From NCBI GenBank assembly GCA_023334545.1, contig JAADVB010000100.1:1-60019 (forward strand): 60,019 nucleotides of DNA, read 5' to 3'. The stretch comes from Salisapilia sapeloensis CBS 127946 (taxonomy: Eukaryota > Protista > Oomycota). Shown here piece by piece: positions 12,086 to 24,688 of the stretch. The first letter of the stretch is position 1, and each line of letters starts with the position of its first letter. The notes beneath the pieces were generated by a model. That model was not told the origin of the DNA and did no database searches. It worked only from the letters and a program-made list of their open reading frames with translations. The position numbers and the translations under genes are program-made.

Positions 12086-12946
12086 CTACATCCAACGGTC
12101 TTGCATGAACTCTACGACGTCGTCACAATGCGCGTTCTTGGTGCTACACGGACCGAACTGCACTTCACAAGGACAGTCGACGTCAAAGACGAACGCCTGG
12201 CCGTCTCGGCCCACTGGCACGAGGTTCGAGTCGTCTTCTCCTTCGACTTCGAGAGACGATCGAGTGCTCTTTAGCTGCGTCAATTCCTTTTCTAGCTGCT
12301 CCTTGAGCTTCGATGGTGGCAGACAGCTTGGCTGGTCCGTCTTATTGCAAGCGATGAACATGGGAGGAGCACGGTCATTCAGCTTCGCATCGGCAAACAT
12401 GTCGTAGAGGTATCTACAGGACATTAGTCAGGAACGAAGTGAGAATAGCGATAGATAAGTGCTTACTCTGCAGCAGAGCGGAAGGAAGAGGAGTCTGTGC
12501 CATCGACTAGGAAGACGATGGAGTTGATGCGAGAGTAGTAATCTGACACTCGGCTATAGACACCATGTTAAAACCCTATGACTGCATAGTAGAAAAAGGT
12601 AGAGTGCATACGATCGAAGACGTTCATGGCCGGGGTAGTCAATGACGTTCACCTTGGTTTCCAAGCCACGATTGTTGTACTCGTCATGCACAATGAATTC
12701 ATCCTCCTGCTCCTTCATGGATGTCACAGTATCCACGAACCGTCCATCCTTGAGAGCGTGGAAGAGAGCGGTCTTACCAGCGTTGCAAGGACCAACGAGC
12801 AATACAGTACGAGCCTTCTTACCTCCCCAACTCACTCCGGAGCGACGCAAGTGCTGGATGAGACCGATGACGAGGGAGATGTAGACGATGACGAGTGCTA
12901 CCAATGGAAATGCATAGTACCAAGGCACTCCGTAAACGGTGTACAT
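12086..12946 (-). CDS. SRPRB: Signal recognition particle receptor beta subunit; exons 12946-12612, 12553-12467, 12413-12086
   Basis: N-terminal TM helix, P-loop GPCNAGKT, IDYPGHERLR, FLVDG, NKTD. GT-AG introns 12554-12611 (58 nt) and 12414-12466 (53 nt) keep the frame open. Confidence 0.9.
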
Positions 12947-13859
12947 GTTGCTGGCGCTGAGAGAGTGATAAAGTGAGGATAAGCACTGCTGGTCACGCGA
13001 CTCGTGTCGGACTTGTATCACACACTGACGGTATGGATTTTGTCAAAAGAGGAGAGTATTTGAGTTGTGTTAGACAAAATAGGCACTAAATGTCAAAAGC
13101 GGAGGACGTATGCATGACAGCGATGTGCATGATGGCGAGTACATCTGCGAGAGATGGAGCGATTGAAAAGAGATTATAGAGATAAAGTGCTAGTGGAGAA
13201 GTATGGTATTATGCAAGGATGTGAAATTGGGATAAAAGCGAAGGCAGTATCTACCACACAAATGATATTCGCTACCGAAGGATCATGCTTTGTAGACAGC
13301 ATGTCAGGTTCTAAAATCTAATTGGGTATCTCCAATTAGAGCAATTGAATCAGAAAGGAGCAGCACCGAGCAGCGTCATAGACCTTGCTTTGATCGGAGC
13401 TGTCTTACTCTATTCCCAACAGTTTTCTATTGTGGACCAGGCGCACATTTTATACTACTCTACTTCCCATCCCACGCCCACCGCTTGATCGACCGTGCTA
13501 ACGACAGAAGTCAACGTTTGCTATATGTAAAGCCCACCATTGTCGTGGACATTTAAGATCCTTTGTCATTCATACACGGTATACGACTATTTCAGCATTG
13601 CATGGCAGTTACGAAGGGCACGATCCTCTTTTGTCCTAGTCGATCTTTAATCGGTTACAATTTGCTGGGTAAGAATCGAGGATGGAATGACCAGCTGAGT
13701 TTTTTCTTCATTTAGCTCTCATATTACTACGCTAGTTGCTATACACATCCACCACATTCATATGCCTAAGTTACCATGAAAGCTTCGTAATCTAAAAGAA
13801 AAGAAAGTAATAGTTTTTTCTTATTATTCCTTCGCTGGATGGCTAAAAGATCACTGCTG

Positions 13860-16505
13860 ACCGAGTGACCACATCTCTACTGCCCTGGCTTTAGCCCATG
13901 GTACTTTTGCTTTGTAAAATACGCTCCCTGGTCGGATGGAATCCCAGTATTCCAAAGCTGCAATGCTCATTGACATGTGGAAAGTGGGGTGTCTCGCCGT
14001 ATGACATCTGCCTTGGTGTTCTGTGCAAGCGAAGAAGTTTAAGTCTATTGCCGGCATTAATCGTGAATGGTTCTTGAATGAAAACGCGTGAATATTTACC
14101 AAGAGATTGGAGTAGAAAAGCTAGTACAGGTTTGTCACGAGCTTGAGGAGCTTGTTGATTGTGCGACAGACCAGGCGAGTACGAAAGACGATGAGCTACT
14201 TGATTTATCCAAGTCGTCGTCGAAGCTACATATGGCGGATACTACGATCCTCCATTATAAAAAGATGGTTGCTCGAGAAATATCGATTTCGACAAAGATG
14301 TACAACATCTACTTTATCACTCTACCATCAAGGTAAATTGAGTGAATTGTTACGCATATATCAACACTTTAAGCAGGATGAATCAAATATCGAGTTGGAA
14401 CTTGTCTACCGTTTTTAAATCGTCGGTCTACTCATGCAAGGTAAAATGGGCAAAGCATGTGCCAAGTACGAAGAGGCCGTGAAGATGCTATAGGATCGAC
14501 CGACTGCAATTGAGTCCTACATGATGCGTTACATGGTCGAAGGAAATCGACTGGACACTGCCAATGAAATATCCGGCTTGTCCAATCCGCAAATGGGTAT
14601 TTGGCATAATGTCTTTATCGAAAGCGTTCTTCTTGTCATGAAAAAAGCTGGAAAACCTGGCCGTGCGTTGACATTTTACGAAAGATCAGGCATAATACCC
14701 TTTGATGGTACATTAAAAGGTCTCCTACGTATCTGTCGCGAAAATAACTGGAAGGAGAGAGCAAAAGCAGTATTAGTCAAGAACAGAGGATCCCAGCTGG
14801 ATTTAAATACTAGTATGTACAATGCTGTGCTGGAGACGCTTGAGTTTAGAGGACAGAGAGATCGAATTCCGGTAAAGTTGGCCGACATGAAGGCTCACAA
14901 AGACTCATTTAATGATACCACCCGACGCTTGATTGAATCGAACCAAGACCTTGTGCCAAACGAATTTCTTAGCGTCGAGTCGTAAACGACTCGACGGAAT
15001 GAAGAGATTGACCTGGCGGTTACTAAAAGCGCCGAGTTGGATGAACGACTACACAACAATGACTTGGACGGAGCCATGTCCATTCTGAGAAAATATATGG
15101 CAGACCGGTCTACTAACATGAGTCTAAAGGTGCTTAAGCTGTTCGTCGACCCTCATTTGGCCATCAGCCTCGTTCAAAGGCTGCATTAAAGTGGTCAGCA
15201 CGACCAAGTAACCGAGCTCGTACCACTGCTTATAGATGAACCTAGCAAGTTCGGTCCTGTGTTCTCGCTTGTTGAAAGCTTCTACGGATAAATGTTCGAG
15301 TATGACGATGAAGGGGATAATGTTTCGTGTAGGCTCCAGCCTCCGTATCTCTCAAGCGATCAATCGATTCCATAGACTGGAAGACCTTAATGGCCTCTAC
15401 CCTCTCTATGCCCGTGCTGTGACAAAATTAAAAAGTTTAAACCTGAACAAGGGCGAAAAGAAGCCTGAGAATGAGCTAAGCAACCATAGCATTCTTTCTG
15501 ACCTTAGTAAAATTGCCAAGACACTTTTGAGCGCATAGACAGCGAGAGGCAAGTTAGGTCAACCTTGAGCGTTATGGAGGAGCTAGAAAGTTTCGGATGG
15601 ACTACGTGGAAGTGGAACTATGGGCACGTGGTACGAAGTATGCAGGATATATTCCAGAACAAGAAACACCGGTACAACGCAAAGGATGCGGTGAAAGTGC
15701 TTCATCGTATGCAGGACAGAGGAGTAGACGTGGCATCGTCCGTGGTCGGGAACTTGGGCCACATGATACAGGAGGGTAGCAAGGAGGGTAAGACGCTTTT
15801 ATTAGAAACGTACGAGGAGTCTCGAAAGATCAGCTTGATCGTTTAAGGTCTTCCGTTTTCTCACAACAAACCTCTTGTGCTTTGCGCAGCAATCCTCCCG
15901 AATTCGCTTGAGCGTCTTCGTATGCTTGAGACGGATGGATTCGTCTCGCGTGTCAATCAGTCTACTCTGTATCCCAAGTCGGCTATTATTAAAGGACTCA
16001 TGATTGCTTACACGAATGAAAGTGCGATCGATGATGCCAAGAGACTGTATCGAGATCATTGAGATGTATATCCTTATACGCCTAAGTCAATGATCAAGCT
16101 TTTTTACACGTAGCTCCTTTAAGGCGACATTTCGTTTGCCACCGAGGTAACGGAGTTGATCAAAAGTGAAAGCTTGCTTTTTGAAATGAATGATGCCTAT
16201 GAAACGGTGGATCTGGCTAAGAAGCAAAGAGATGCCAGTCTCGTCATGGACATAATTGACCGTTATGAGGAAATGACATCGCCAAAGGCACATAAAACTT
16301 GGTAGATACTTGGAAGCTAAATTATCCTATGACTTAGGTGCATGTAGTCTCCATGCATGCGTCGGCTCTCGTAGCTGTGTAGGAGAGTGGCGACTGGGAG
16401 AAGTCGGTGCATCTGCGTCAGCGTATTGAAGACCTGTTGGGTGCAAATGTGATTGAAGAGCAAAGGCAATTGGTAGAAGAAATTGCGAAAAATGGTGAAG
16501 AGTAG
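13860..16505 (+). pseudogene. Decayed helical-repeat (PPR-like) protein gene; boundaries approximate
   Basis: Collinear ORF fragments read through at least 12 in-frame stops (14416, 14491, 14983, 15187, 15289, 15536, 15844, 16060, 16111, 16120, 16303, 16318) and about 4 frameshifts. PPR-like segments: TSMYNAVLETLEFRG, WNYGHVVRSM, IIKGLMIAYTNESAIDDAKRLY, ASALVAV*ESGDWEKSVHL. Confidence 0.7.
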
Positions 16506-16655
16506 GCCTGGATAAATAAAAGCATGTTTCATTAAATGCCGTGAGTCATTCGAGGTAGGAGTAAATTGGTTCAATACAGACAAATAACAAAATATGGAAA
16601 AGAGATAAATTAAAATACATTTATATATATTACTTCATTAAAATTCGTATAACAA

Positions 16656-16728
16656 GGTCGTGTAGCTCAGTCGGTAGAGCACAGTGCTAATAACGCTGCG
16701 GTCCAGGGTTCGAGCCCCTGCATGACCA
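16656..16728 (+). tRNA. tRNA-Ile (anticodon AAT)
   Basis: 73-nt cloverleaf: acceptor GGTCGTG/CATGACC, D arm GCTC/GAGC, anticodon arm CAGTG-CTAATAA-CGCTG, T loop TTCGAGC, T-run downstream. Confidence 0.96.
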
Positions 16729-17370
16729 TTGTTTTTATTATAAGCGCTCGTAAAGAATTTTTTGTATACAATTTTGCGTTGCATTCAAAAGTACACGGTA
16801 AGTAAAACTTTTCATGCGTAGAATCAATAGTTGTTTGACATTTGGACAGCTATTAATCAAGGATGCATTAAATTGATGGCGACCTTGCCGTTGATTATGC
16901 TTCATCTTGGAGCATGTGAAACTTTCATATCAAACAGCATATCAATTTTAGTAAGCGTAATATAGTGAATGCAAGCTCTTGCCAACATGCTTTCCATTCA
17001 ACTGCTTACAGTTGTAGCTACGTAAGAAAAACTCTTCTTTTAAAAGCGCTCGAATAAGAGACAACTATAGCTTGCAATACTTAATTGTTCTCCAATAATC
17101 GCAATGACATTGTTATGGGAGGAGGTAAATTTATTTGTAGTAATTCCATATTTGCATAAAATTGAACACGGCTAGTATGTCCCTAGACGCATAAGATGAT
17201 TCCTGCTCTGAATAAACTCGCCTTAATCGGATGGATACTGTCGAAAGTGCTGTCATGTAAAGGCGTACATTATATTTCTATATCGGATCTGACTTTACGT
17301 CTGCTAGTTTCCAATATCTAAACACTACGCAATTGAAAATAGTACGTTCATTCAAAAGTAGCAAGCTTGA

Positions 17371-18609
17371 TTAGTTTAACACAGCCGAGGTAGTATAATC
17401 GCTTCCAACTGTGTCACCTTTACCACTTTTGAGCCAACATGTCCCTCCCCAGTAATTGCTCCAAGTGAATGCTCGACAACCTGCAAATGACTGACAGATG
17501 CTACAACATCCTTCTGCATTCCTACTGCGTGCGTTTCCAATGTCCATTCCCACGTAGTCCACATATGGTTCTAGATTACAATTTCCTGATGATCCGCTCA
17601 GAGGGAAATTACCTGGGCTTTTGGGAAACTTGTTAGCGTAGAAGAAGCCAAAGTGTTTTTCGTACTCGGCATTTCCCATCGTGTCATCGTCTCGGCGGTC
17701 GAACATCATGAACCAGAATCGTGGCACTTCATTATTCATGCCACCCGGTGGTTGCCATTTGGTAAACTCCGTGTAGTAGTTGATCGCGTTACGTAGACTT
17801 GGTACGACACTAGGCGCTACCCATGGCGAGTTACCAGCAGTGGCGAACCCAGTCTCAGTCAATACAAGTTTTTCTCGAGGATATCTTCTCGCTGCTTGCT
17901 CCCACATATCACTGAGTAGTGCTGTCGCTTCGTCTCCGTTGTACGAGTTGGTGAAAAATGGATAGATATTGACACCGAGGAAGTCTAAGTTGTTCACTAA
18001 TTCCGTCATGTCCCGATCGAATCGAGGATCAACAAACTCATTAATTCGTTGGGAGGTACCAAACTTGATACCTCGAGTATTCCACCCGAGCTTCGAACGA
18101 ATCCAGTTCGCATAGCCGATGATATCGGAACTGCCTACGCGGAAGTTTGCCAGGTTCTCCGATCCAAGAACAACGGCCTGAACGGTATCTCCGTAATTCT
18201 CTATCGCGAACACAGCAGCATCCACTTCCACCTCGCGCCACTTTGCGGTCGTCATGTAGACACCCAGCCATAGCTTGATGCCGTACTTTTGAGCAATCTC
18301 TGCAATATTGATTCCGTAGAACTGGGTATGATACGTCCGGACGATGGTGAAGTAGTCTCTCATGATGGCAAAGTCGCCTTCAATCTGTTCGCGTAGCTGC
18401 TGGATGTTGAGTGGACTTCCATTCAACGGATAGGCTGCGTTGTGATACGGAGAGTACGTGACGGCAACATTCCCAACGTTGAGAAGACGGCGGGAAGCAT
18501 GCCGTAAATGTGGCGTATCACGAGCTAGACGCGTTTCATTATCCACGCTACCGCATGTAGTAGATGTCCACATGATGAACAGAAGGCTGAGGAAAAGTAT
18601 CGTTCGCAT
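17371..18609 (-). CDS. Secreted GH17 endo-1,3-beta-glucanase/glucanosyltransferase with C-terminal PAN/apple domain
   Basis: Signal peptide MRTILFLSLLFIMWTSTTCG. GH17 motifs VRTY, GSEN (acid/base Glu), GVNIYPFF, LTETGFAT (nucleophile Glu). C-terminal CX..DYVGMDI..CCSICQSFAGCRAFTWS..CWLK apple domain of the CBEL type. Confidence 0.92.
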   Translation of the reverse strand: MRTILFLSLLFIMWTSTTCGSVDNETRLARDTPHLRHASRRLLNVGNVAVTYSPYHNAAYPLNGSPLNIQQLREQIEGDFAIMRDYFTIVRTYHTQFYGINIAEIAQKYGIKLWLGVYMTTAKWREVEVDAAVFAIENYGDTVQAVVLGSENLANFRVGSSDIIGYANWIRSKLGWNTRGIKFGTSQRINEFVDPRFDRDMTELVNNLDFLGVNIYPFFTNSYNGDEATALLSDMWEQAARRYPREKLVLTETGFATAGNSPWVAPSVVPSLRNAINYYTEFTKWQPPGGMNNEVPRFWFMMFDRRDDDTMGNAEYEKHFGFFYANKFPKSPGNFPLSGSSGNCNLEPYVDYVGMDIGNARSRNAEGCCSICQSFAGCRAFTWSNYWGGTCWLKSGKGDTVGSDYTTSAVLN

Positions 18610-19003
18610 CACGACGCCTCGTGTTGGAGAAATCTCGAGAGATGTCCGCTGTAGATGTCCAGATGATAAGTGAATAGCAAGAAGAGGTGGAAGCGTGCCA
18701 TGGCCATTCCCGGACACGTCGCACGTGTGGAAGAAACTTGTATGTTACGAGGAACATTAGCAATCGAATTCAATAGCCACTCGGTTCCATTGGTTCGAAC
18801 AAGGCAAGTTCCAAGCCGAAGCGACACGGACGCTTGAGCAAAGGTCTCTTTCTTCCGTCCTGCAACGCTTCACGTCCTGCAATCTTGTCACGAGTGGCCA
18901 ACGACAGTTTCACCCGCCATCCTGTCGACTGTATCTTGCATATATTTCACTTACAATACATAAAAACAATAGACTTTCGACATGTAAAAGAATTCCTTGT
19001 CTC

Positions 19004-22000
19004 TTAAGAAGCTTGTACTCTCGGGAACTCATGCTCTGGCAATCGACCGTAACGTCCTTGGTACATCTCTACTTGATACTGCAGTTTCATCTGATCTTCC
19101 ATGACAGCCGTAAGGTGTTCGTTCAACGCCATGAGCTTCGCTTCCTTCTCTTTAACGACCCGTCGCATCCGATCGTCACCCGTATCTTCCTTCCGATCCT
19201 TCAGTTTCCGATACGCGTCCTTGATCTCCGACAGCTCTTGGTTCTTCTTCTCCACCTCCTCTACCAGTCGCTTGAGCTCTCTCCTCGGCGCTTGACTCCG
19301 TTCACGATATTTTTGCACTCGACCAGCTTGCTCCTGCAGCTCCACTCTCAACCGATCCACCTCCTTCTCCTTCTTCTCCAGCTTCAGCTGCAGCTTCGAG
19401 TCATCCACTTGCTCTACACCAGTAGGCGACGCTGGTCGCTGGACACTCGACACGAGCTCCCGAATGCTAGACACGGGATCCTCGACATCATACCCGGCAT
19501 CCTCCAACTCTTGCTGCACTTGATCAAGTTTTTCCTCGATTCCTTCCTGCATCTGCCTCTGCCTCTTCAGATCATGCTCTAGCTCCTGCACTTGTCTCTG
19601 TAGCTGTCGATTCTGTTCCACTGTTCCTCTTCTTAGCTTTTCAAATTCTAGACTAAGCGCTTCTTCTTGCTTCTGGACACTTGCATACTCTTCCTCCATC
19701 TCCCGTTTCTCCTTTTCCAATTCCGCATTCTTCCTCTTCACTTCTTCTAGTCGTTCCTGCACATCATCCTCTGTCTGGACAGAGGAATGGTGCTTCGATA
19801 AGTGCGTCTGACGTATAGACTGTACATACGTCTCAAGCTCTCTCTTTTCTCCCTTCAAACGGTCATTCTCGTCTTCCATCTCGTGCAATTGAGACTCGAC
19901 ACGATGTTTCATCGCATCCACTTCCTTCAATTCACTACGTAGCTCTTGTACTTGTGTCTGGAGAGACTCATTCTTCTTCTGAAGAGTATGTAGCTGCATA
20001 CGTGTATCATCTTGTGTCTGGGAAGAAGAGGACGCTACCTTTCGAGACTGTAGACGCTCTAGCTCCTTCTTCATCGCCGTATTCGATGCTTGGAGGCTGT
20101 CCTTTTTCTTCTTCATCTCCATACGTTGCTCCTCTAGTTGAGACCGAAGTGACTCAACCTCTTCCTCCAGCTCTTCCTTTCGACTCGTCAACTTGTCCAT
20201 CTCTCTTTCCAACTGATGCATATCGTCCTTGGTCTGAGACGATCGTGATGTCTGAGGACGAGACCGCAAGTGACGTAACTCTTCTTCCATCTCCGACACT
20301 TGGGACGCCAATTCGTCATTCTTCCGAATCAAATCCTTCACACGTGCATCGTCCTGCGTCTGAGACGATGACGTCGTGTGTGGACGAGACGCTAGACGAT
20401 GCATCTCCATCTCAAGCTCTTCATTCCTCTTTCTCAAGCGATCTACGCGACGACTCTCGTCCTCTAGTTCCTTCTCCAGCTCCTTCTTTCTCTTCTCCAA
20501 CTGCTTATATCCATCCTCTTTCGTCTGAGAGGAAGAATCCAACTGCTTTCGCGCTTGTTTCTTCTCATTCTCAACTAACGTCGTATGCTCCTTTCTCAAT
20601 CCACTCAACTCCTTCTCCATCGTCTCCACCTTTTCTTGCAGTTCATTATTTTCTTCTCGAACGCCCTTGAGTCGATCCAACATGTCTCGATAGTACTCAT
20701 TCTCCTCCTGCAACTCCTTGAGTCGATGAGCACTCGCTTGCATTTCCTCCATCTTGGTCTGCAGCGATCGAATCTCGCGTTCCTTTTGTGCAAGCTCCAA
20801 TTGTCGATTCTGACCTTTTGCTTCTTCACTTTCCTTGCTCTTCTTCGCATCGTCTAGTTCCAAGCGCATACGTTCCGCTAGTTGTTCATACTTTTGAATC
20901 GCATCGTCTTTCGCTTGACTTTCATGGTCCAATCGCTCTCGTTCTTCCTGCAAGACACTCAATTGTGCACGAACTTCCCTCAATTGCGCTTGCTCCGAAC
21001 TGTTGTAGCTGAAGTAGTTACGCTCCAACTCGTCCTTTTGACTCTGCACGCGATCCAGCTGGTCTTTATAGTACCGTCCAGCATCACGCAATCGAGCGTT
21101 CTCCTGCTCAAGCTCATGGAACTGCGTGTACCCTGTCTGGAGCTGTTGCTGCTGCTCATTGCACTTTTGTTCCAAGTACTGCTGTCGACGCATTGCCTCT
21201 GCATGCGTACGTTCACTGTCATCCACGTGCTGCATCTTGGACGCGTACTCATCTCGCTGGCTCTCCACCTGCGCCTTCTCCTGCAACACTGTCTGCAGCT
21301 GGCTCTGTACTTCCTGCAGCTGCTGTCCAGTCGTGTCTTGAGACGCTGCTTGCAAGAGGTGTGTCAGCTTATTATTCAGCTCAGCATTCTCTCGATTCGA
21401 CGCTTGGAGCTCTTCCTTGTACGCCTCCAACTCTCTATTCGCTTCCATCATCGCGTCTTCATACTCCTTTTGCTTGGAAGCAGCTTGTGACTCGTGCTCG
21501 TGCTTGTACTTTTCTATTGTGTCGTTTAAACTCTTGCGTTCACTCTCAAACGATCGAGACTGTTGATCCATATCGTTATGACGCGTCTCTAAAGCTTCTT
21601 GTGCACGTGATGAAGCGGTCTGATACTCTTGATACCACTTGTCGACTTGTGTTCGAGTATCTGCAAGTTCCTTTTGCAATTCGTCACAACGAACTTGTAA
21701 CGTTTCGCTTTCGTGACGCCATTTTTCCACTTCTTCACGTGCTTCTTGTGCCTCTTGATTATATGAATGCTGTTGCGCTTGGTCCGACTCAAGCTCCTGA
21801 CGACGAGCCACGAGTTCTCCCAGTTCCTTTGCCTGTCGTTCATATCGCTCTTGGAGACTCTGGTATCGACCTTCGACACTTGCCTTCTCCTTCTCTAGAT
21901 TCTGAAGTGTCGATTGTTGATTATTTAGTTGAGAGTTGGCGTCATTCAGTTGCGTCCACACTTGGTTGTAAGCTGCTTCCATCTCTTCCAGACGAGATTG

Positions 22001-22978
22001 AGCATTCGAGCGATCTTGTTCATACTGTTCATGCATAGGCACAGCGTTCTCCAGACGATTGTTCAAGTCTTCATTTGCTTTCTCAAGCTCCATGCACTTT
22101 TGCTGGACGGTCTGCAGCTCTATCTTAGTGTTTGCAGCTGTCTGTGTCTCCTGGTTAAGACGGTTCTGAAGCTCCTGAGTCGCACGCACAGCCTCTGCAT
22201 CATTTTCATTTGAAACAGAAGAGAGCTGCTGCTTCAACGCTTCCGTCTCACGTTGCAAAGCTGCATGTCCATCGAGTAGGGACTGAGTATAAGTATCTTT
22301 CTCTGCTACTTCCTGCTCTAGCTGCGTCAGATGTGCTCGAAGTGTTTCAACTGTGTTTTCCAGCTCCTTCTTCTGCTCTGCAGTGGTTTCAGCTTGTTCC
22401 TCCAGCTTTTGCTTCTCCACCTGATGCGCTGCCAATTGCTGCTCCTGTTCACGAACAGTCTAATAACCATGTACGTCAGCTTCATTGTATAAATAGTGTA
22501 CTCGCTTTAGCTAAAGGCCTTACATTGTCTAGTTCCGCTAGGGTCTGGAGGTTGGTATTCGTCTCCGAGATGGCTAGTTGGATCTCTGACTCTTTCCACC
22601 GGTCAATGTACTGCTTTTGACTCTCAATCACCTTTCCCAACTCTGTAAAGCGTTGGATAATGTCGTTTATAAGCGGATGCTCATGCTTCTTTTCCTGTAA
22701 GAAGTGCACATAATCCGCAAACTCAACCAAACTCTCAGTCGTATTATCCGGTGGATATCGAGACCTTCCACTCGACATCATGACTGACTGAACGTCATCA
22801 GCTTGCTGTTCACTCGTCCAATCCACATTCCGTTGTCTAGTACATAAAAGTTAACAAATGGCAAGGTCAACGTGCGGAATAAAAGGTTGCTCATGTACGT
22901 CAAAGGCGCGCGGGAGGCCGCCATGCTAGTGTCACTAAAAGACGCTTCCATCGCCAGATCTTCTGTACCTCCTGCCAT
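19004..22978 (-). CDS. Large coiled-coil protein (~1282 aa); exons 22978-22899, 22836-22524, 22459-19004
   Basis: Long E/Q/K-rich heptad ORF. GT-AG introns 22837-22898 (62 nt, phase 2) and 22460-22523 (64 nt, phase 0, with CTGAC branch site) join three ORF fragments in frame. Confidence 0.85.
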
Positions 22979-24688
22979 TCCACTTGCCAAGACAGGATGC
23001 AGCTAGAACGTACAAGCAACGAGTACTCGATTGCCGCGTTTTTTACTCGTTTTCGTCCTTTGAAAATGATGGACGAGGAGGCAAATTAAGGTGGAATTAG
23101 GATGGTTTTAGAGTAACTCTCTTGTTTAAACAAAGCGTCTTGGTTTAGTACGTCTATTTGAGATTAATTCTTGGGAAGTAGGATGGGGTTTGATGGGACG
23201 AAAGTATGTGATAGGGTGTTTGTCTTCTTTGCTGGCATTGGAATGGTATTTAGGACTTGAATGAGTCGTGAAGGCACTCAAGGCTCTTTCATGTCGGATG
23301 AAGTCATCTCGATAAAACTTAGGAGCAGTGTTATGCTTAAGGCTATTTAAAATTGTCTTTAAGAAGCATAATAGTGAGCGATAGTGTTTGATGTAAAGTT
23401 TCGAAAGTAGTTGCTAGAGCTCAAGTTTTGAGGAGATAATTCATCTCTAAAGTAGATGAATATCCATCATAAGTGTTTGAGCTTGCTATAAATGGTCATT
23501 CATCCTTTGTTTACGCATAGTGACCATCAGAATGGCATTATAGACTTCCACTTCAAATATATCATTATCGATAGCATCACAGGAGTGAAGAGATCAGTCA
23601 GTAGGAAGCGATAAGCGCCTTTGAATACTTTTAAAGGCATTGCACATAATAATGATAAAGTCATTTTAGAACGACTTCAATATGGCCTCTACGAAGCAAG
23701 CATTTGATGAAAGACTGAAAGACTGAAAGAGTTTACACGATCTATTTGGTCGAAAGCACAATAGACATATCAACTTTTGCTATAACAGTAGAGCGTAGCT
23801 CCTAATAATCGATGTAAAATGATGTTCTCACCTCATTTAGTGATGCACTCTGCGCATAGTTGGAAAGGTGCTGCCTATTTCGGATCAGAGTAGACGAAAT
23901 CCATCGCACATGCGACTTGTGACTTTCTATACTTGGCATTTTCTCCGAAATGCGCATCGCTCAGCAAATCATAACACAAAGAAGTAGCCTCAGTTTGCAG
24001 TAAAGCGCTAACCTTTTACATCATTTCTACATTGAACGCCGGCGGTAGTATCAAGTGCGTATTATCTAATGTATAAATGTGGAAGGATATAGTACTCATC
24101 TATCGATCGAGCGTGTTGATGACGTACTCTGAAGACTTAATTTCTACATCTTTTAAATTGAATCAGCAAGTTTGTATTTGTTCTGAAGTTTGACAAATGT
24201 GATCGGCAGAAGACCAGTACTACGTGAATCGAGACGATGGGGTATCTGGAAGGCAGACAAAACTATGATCGCCAAGAGATACTAGGTTTCTATGCCTGAC
24301 AGTTTTTAATATTCTTTCTAGATTCTACTTGCGACTTTCTCCGACCCTGGGCGATATATAGATTTAAAAGGCCGAAAGTTTATGATGAGTCTTCATGGAA
24401 GAATACATCGATCGTAAATTAACTAAGCTTGCAAGTCCAAGCAAGCACAAGCAAGATGGAAATATATACTCTCTTTTATTTCCAGCAAACCAGCAGGTCG
24501 ATCCTGTAGCTCAAAGTGAAACAGGGATATGCTGATCATACTCTCATAGGAAGTTTCAAGGAAGCGAGGAATCAAGCTCACATTCGGAAGACTAAGTAAC
24601 CGCTACTCAAATTTTCTTTCGCCCGTAAATCGTATCACAATTCAATATTCGCCTTGCACCACAGACCTGAAGATTTTGATCAGTGACC

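Noticed and set aside
14143-16320. Alternative genetic code (TAA/TAG = Gln) or RNA editing to explain the in-frame stops
   Set aside because: Neighbouring intact genes end in TAA/TAG and have no internal stops. The same regions also carry frameshifts, so decay is the simpler explanation.
18480-18560. RxLR effector motif in the GH17 N-terminus
   Set aside because: HLRHASRRLL is not RxLR-dEER, and the protein is an apoplastic-type enzyme.
19013-22038. Long plus-strand ORFs (19013, 19954, 20882, 21193) as overlapping genes
   Set aside because: They are antisense shadows of the E/Q/K-rich coiled-coil CDS, with S/L/P-rich translations and no domains.
22460-22505. Non-canonical GC-AG intron in the coiled-coil gene
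   Set aside because: A canonical GTAAGG donor at 22523 gives the same phase-0 junction with a normal 64-nt intron.
23050-24500. Transposon or gene relic, including an 8-bp tandem GAAAGACT at 23709-23730
   Set aside because: No terminal repeats, target-site duplication or recognisable transposase/RT motifs.
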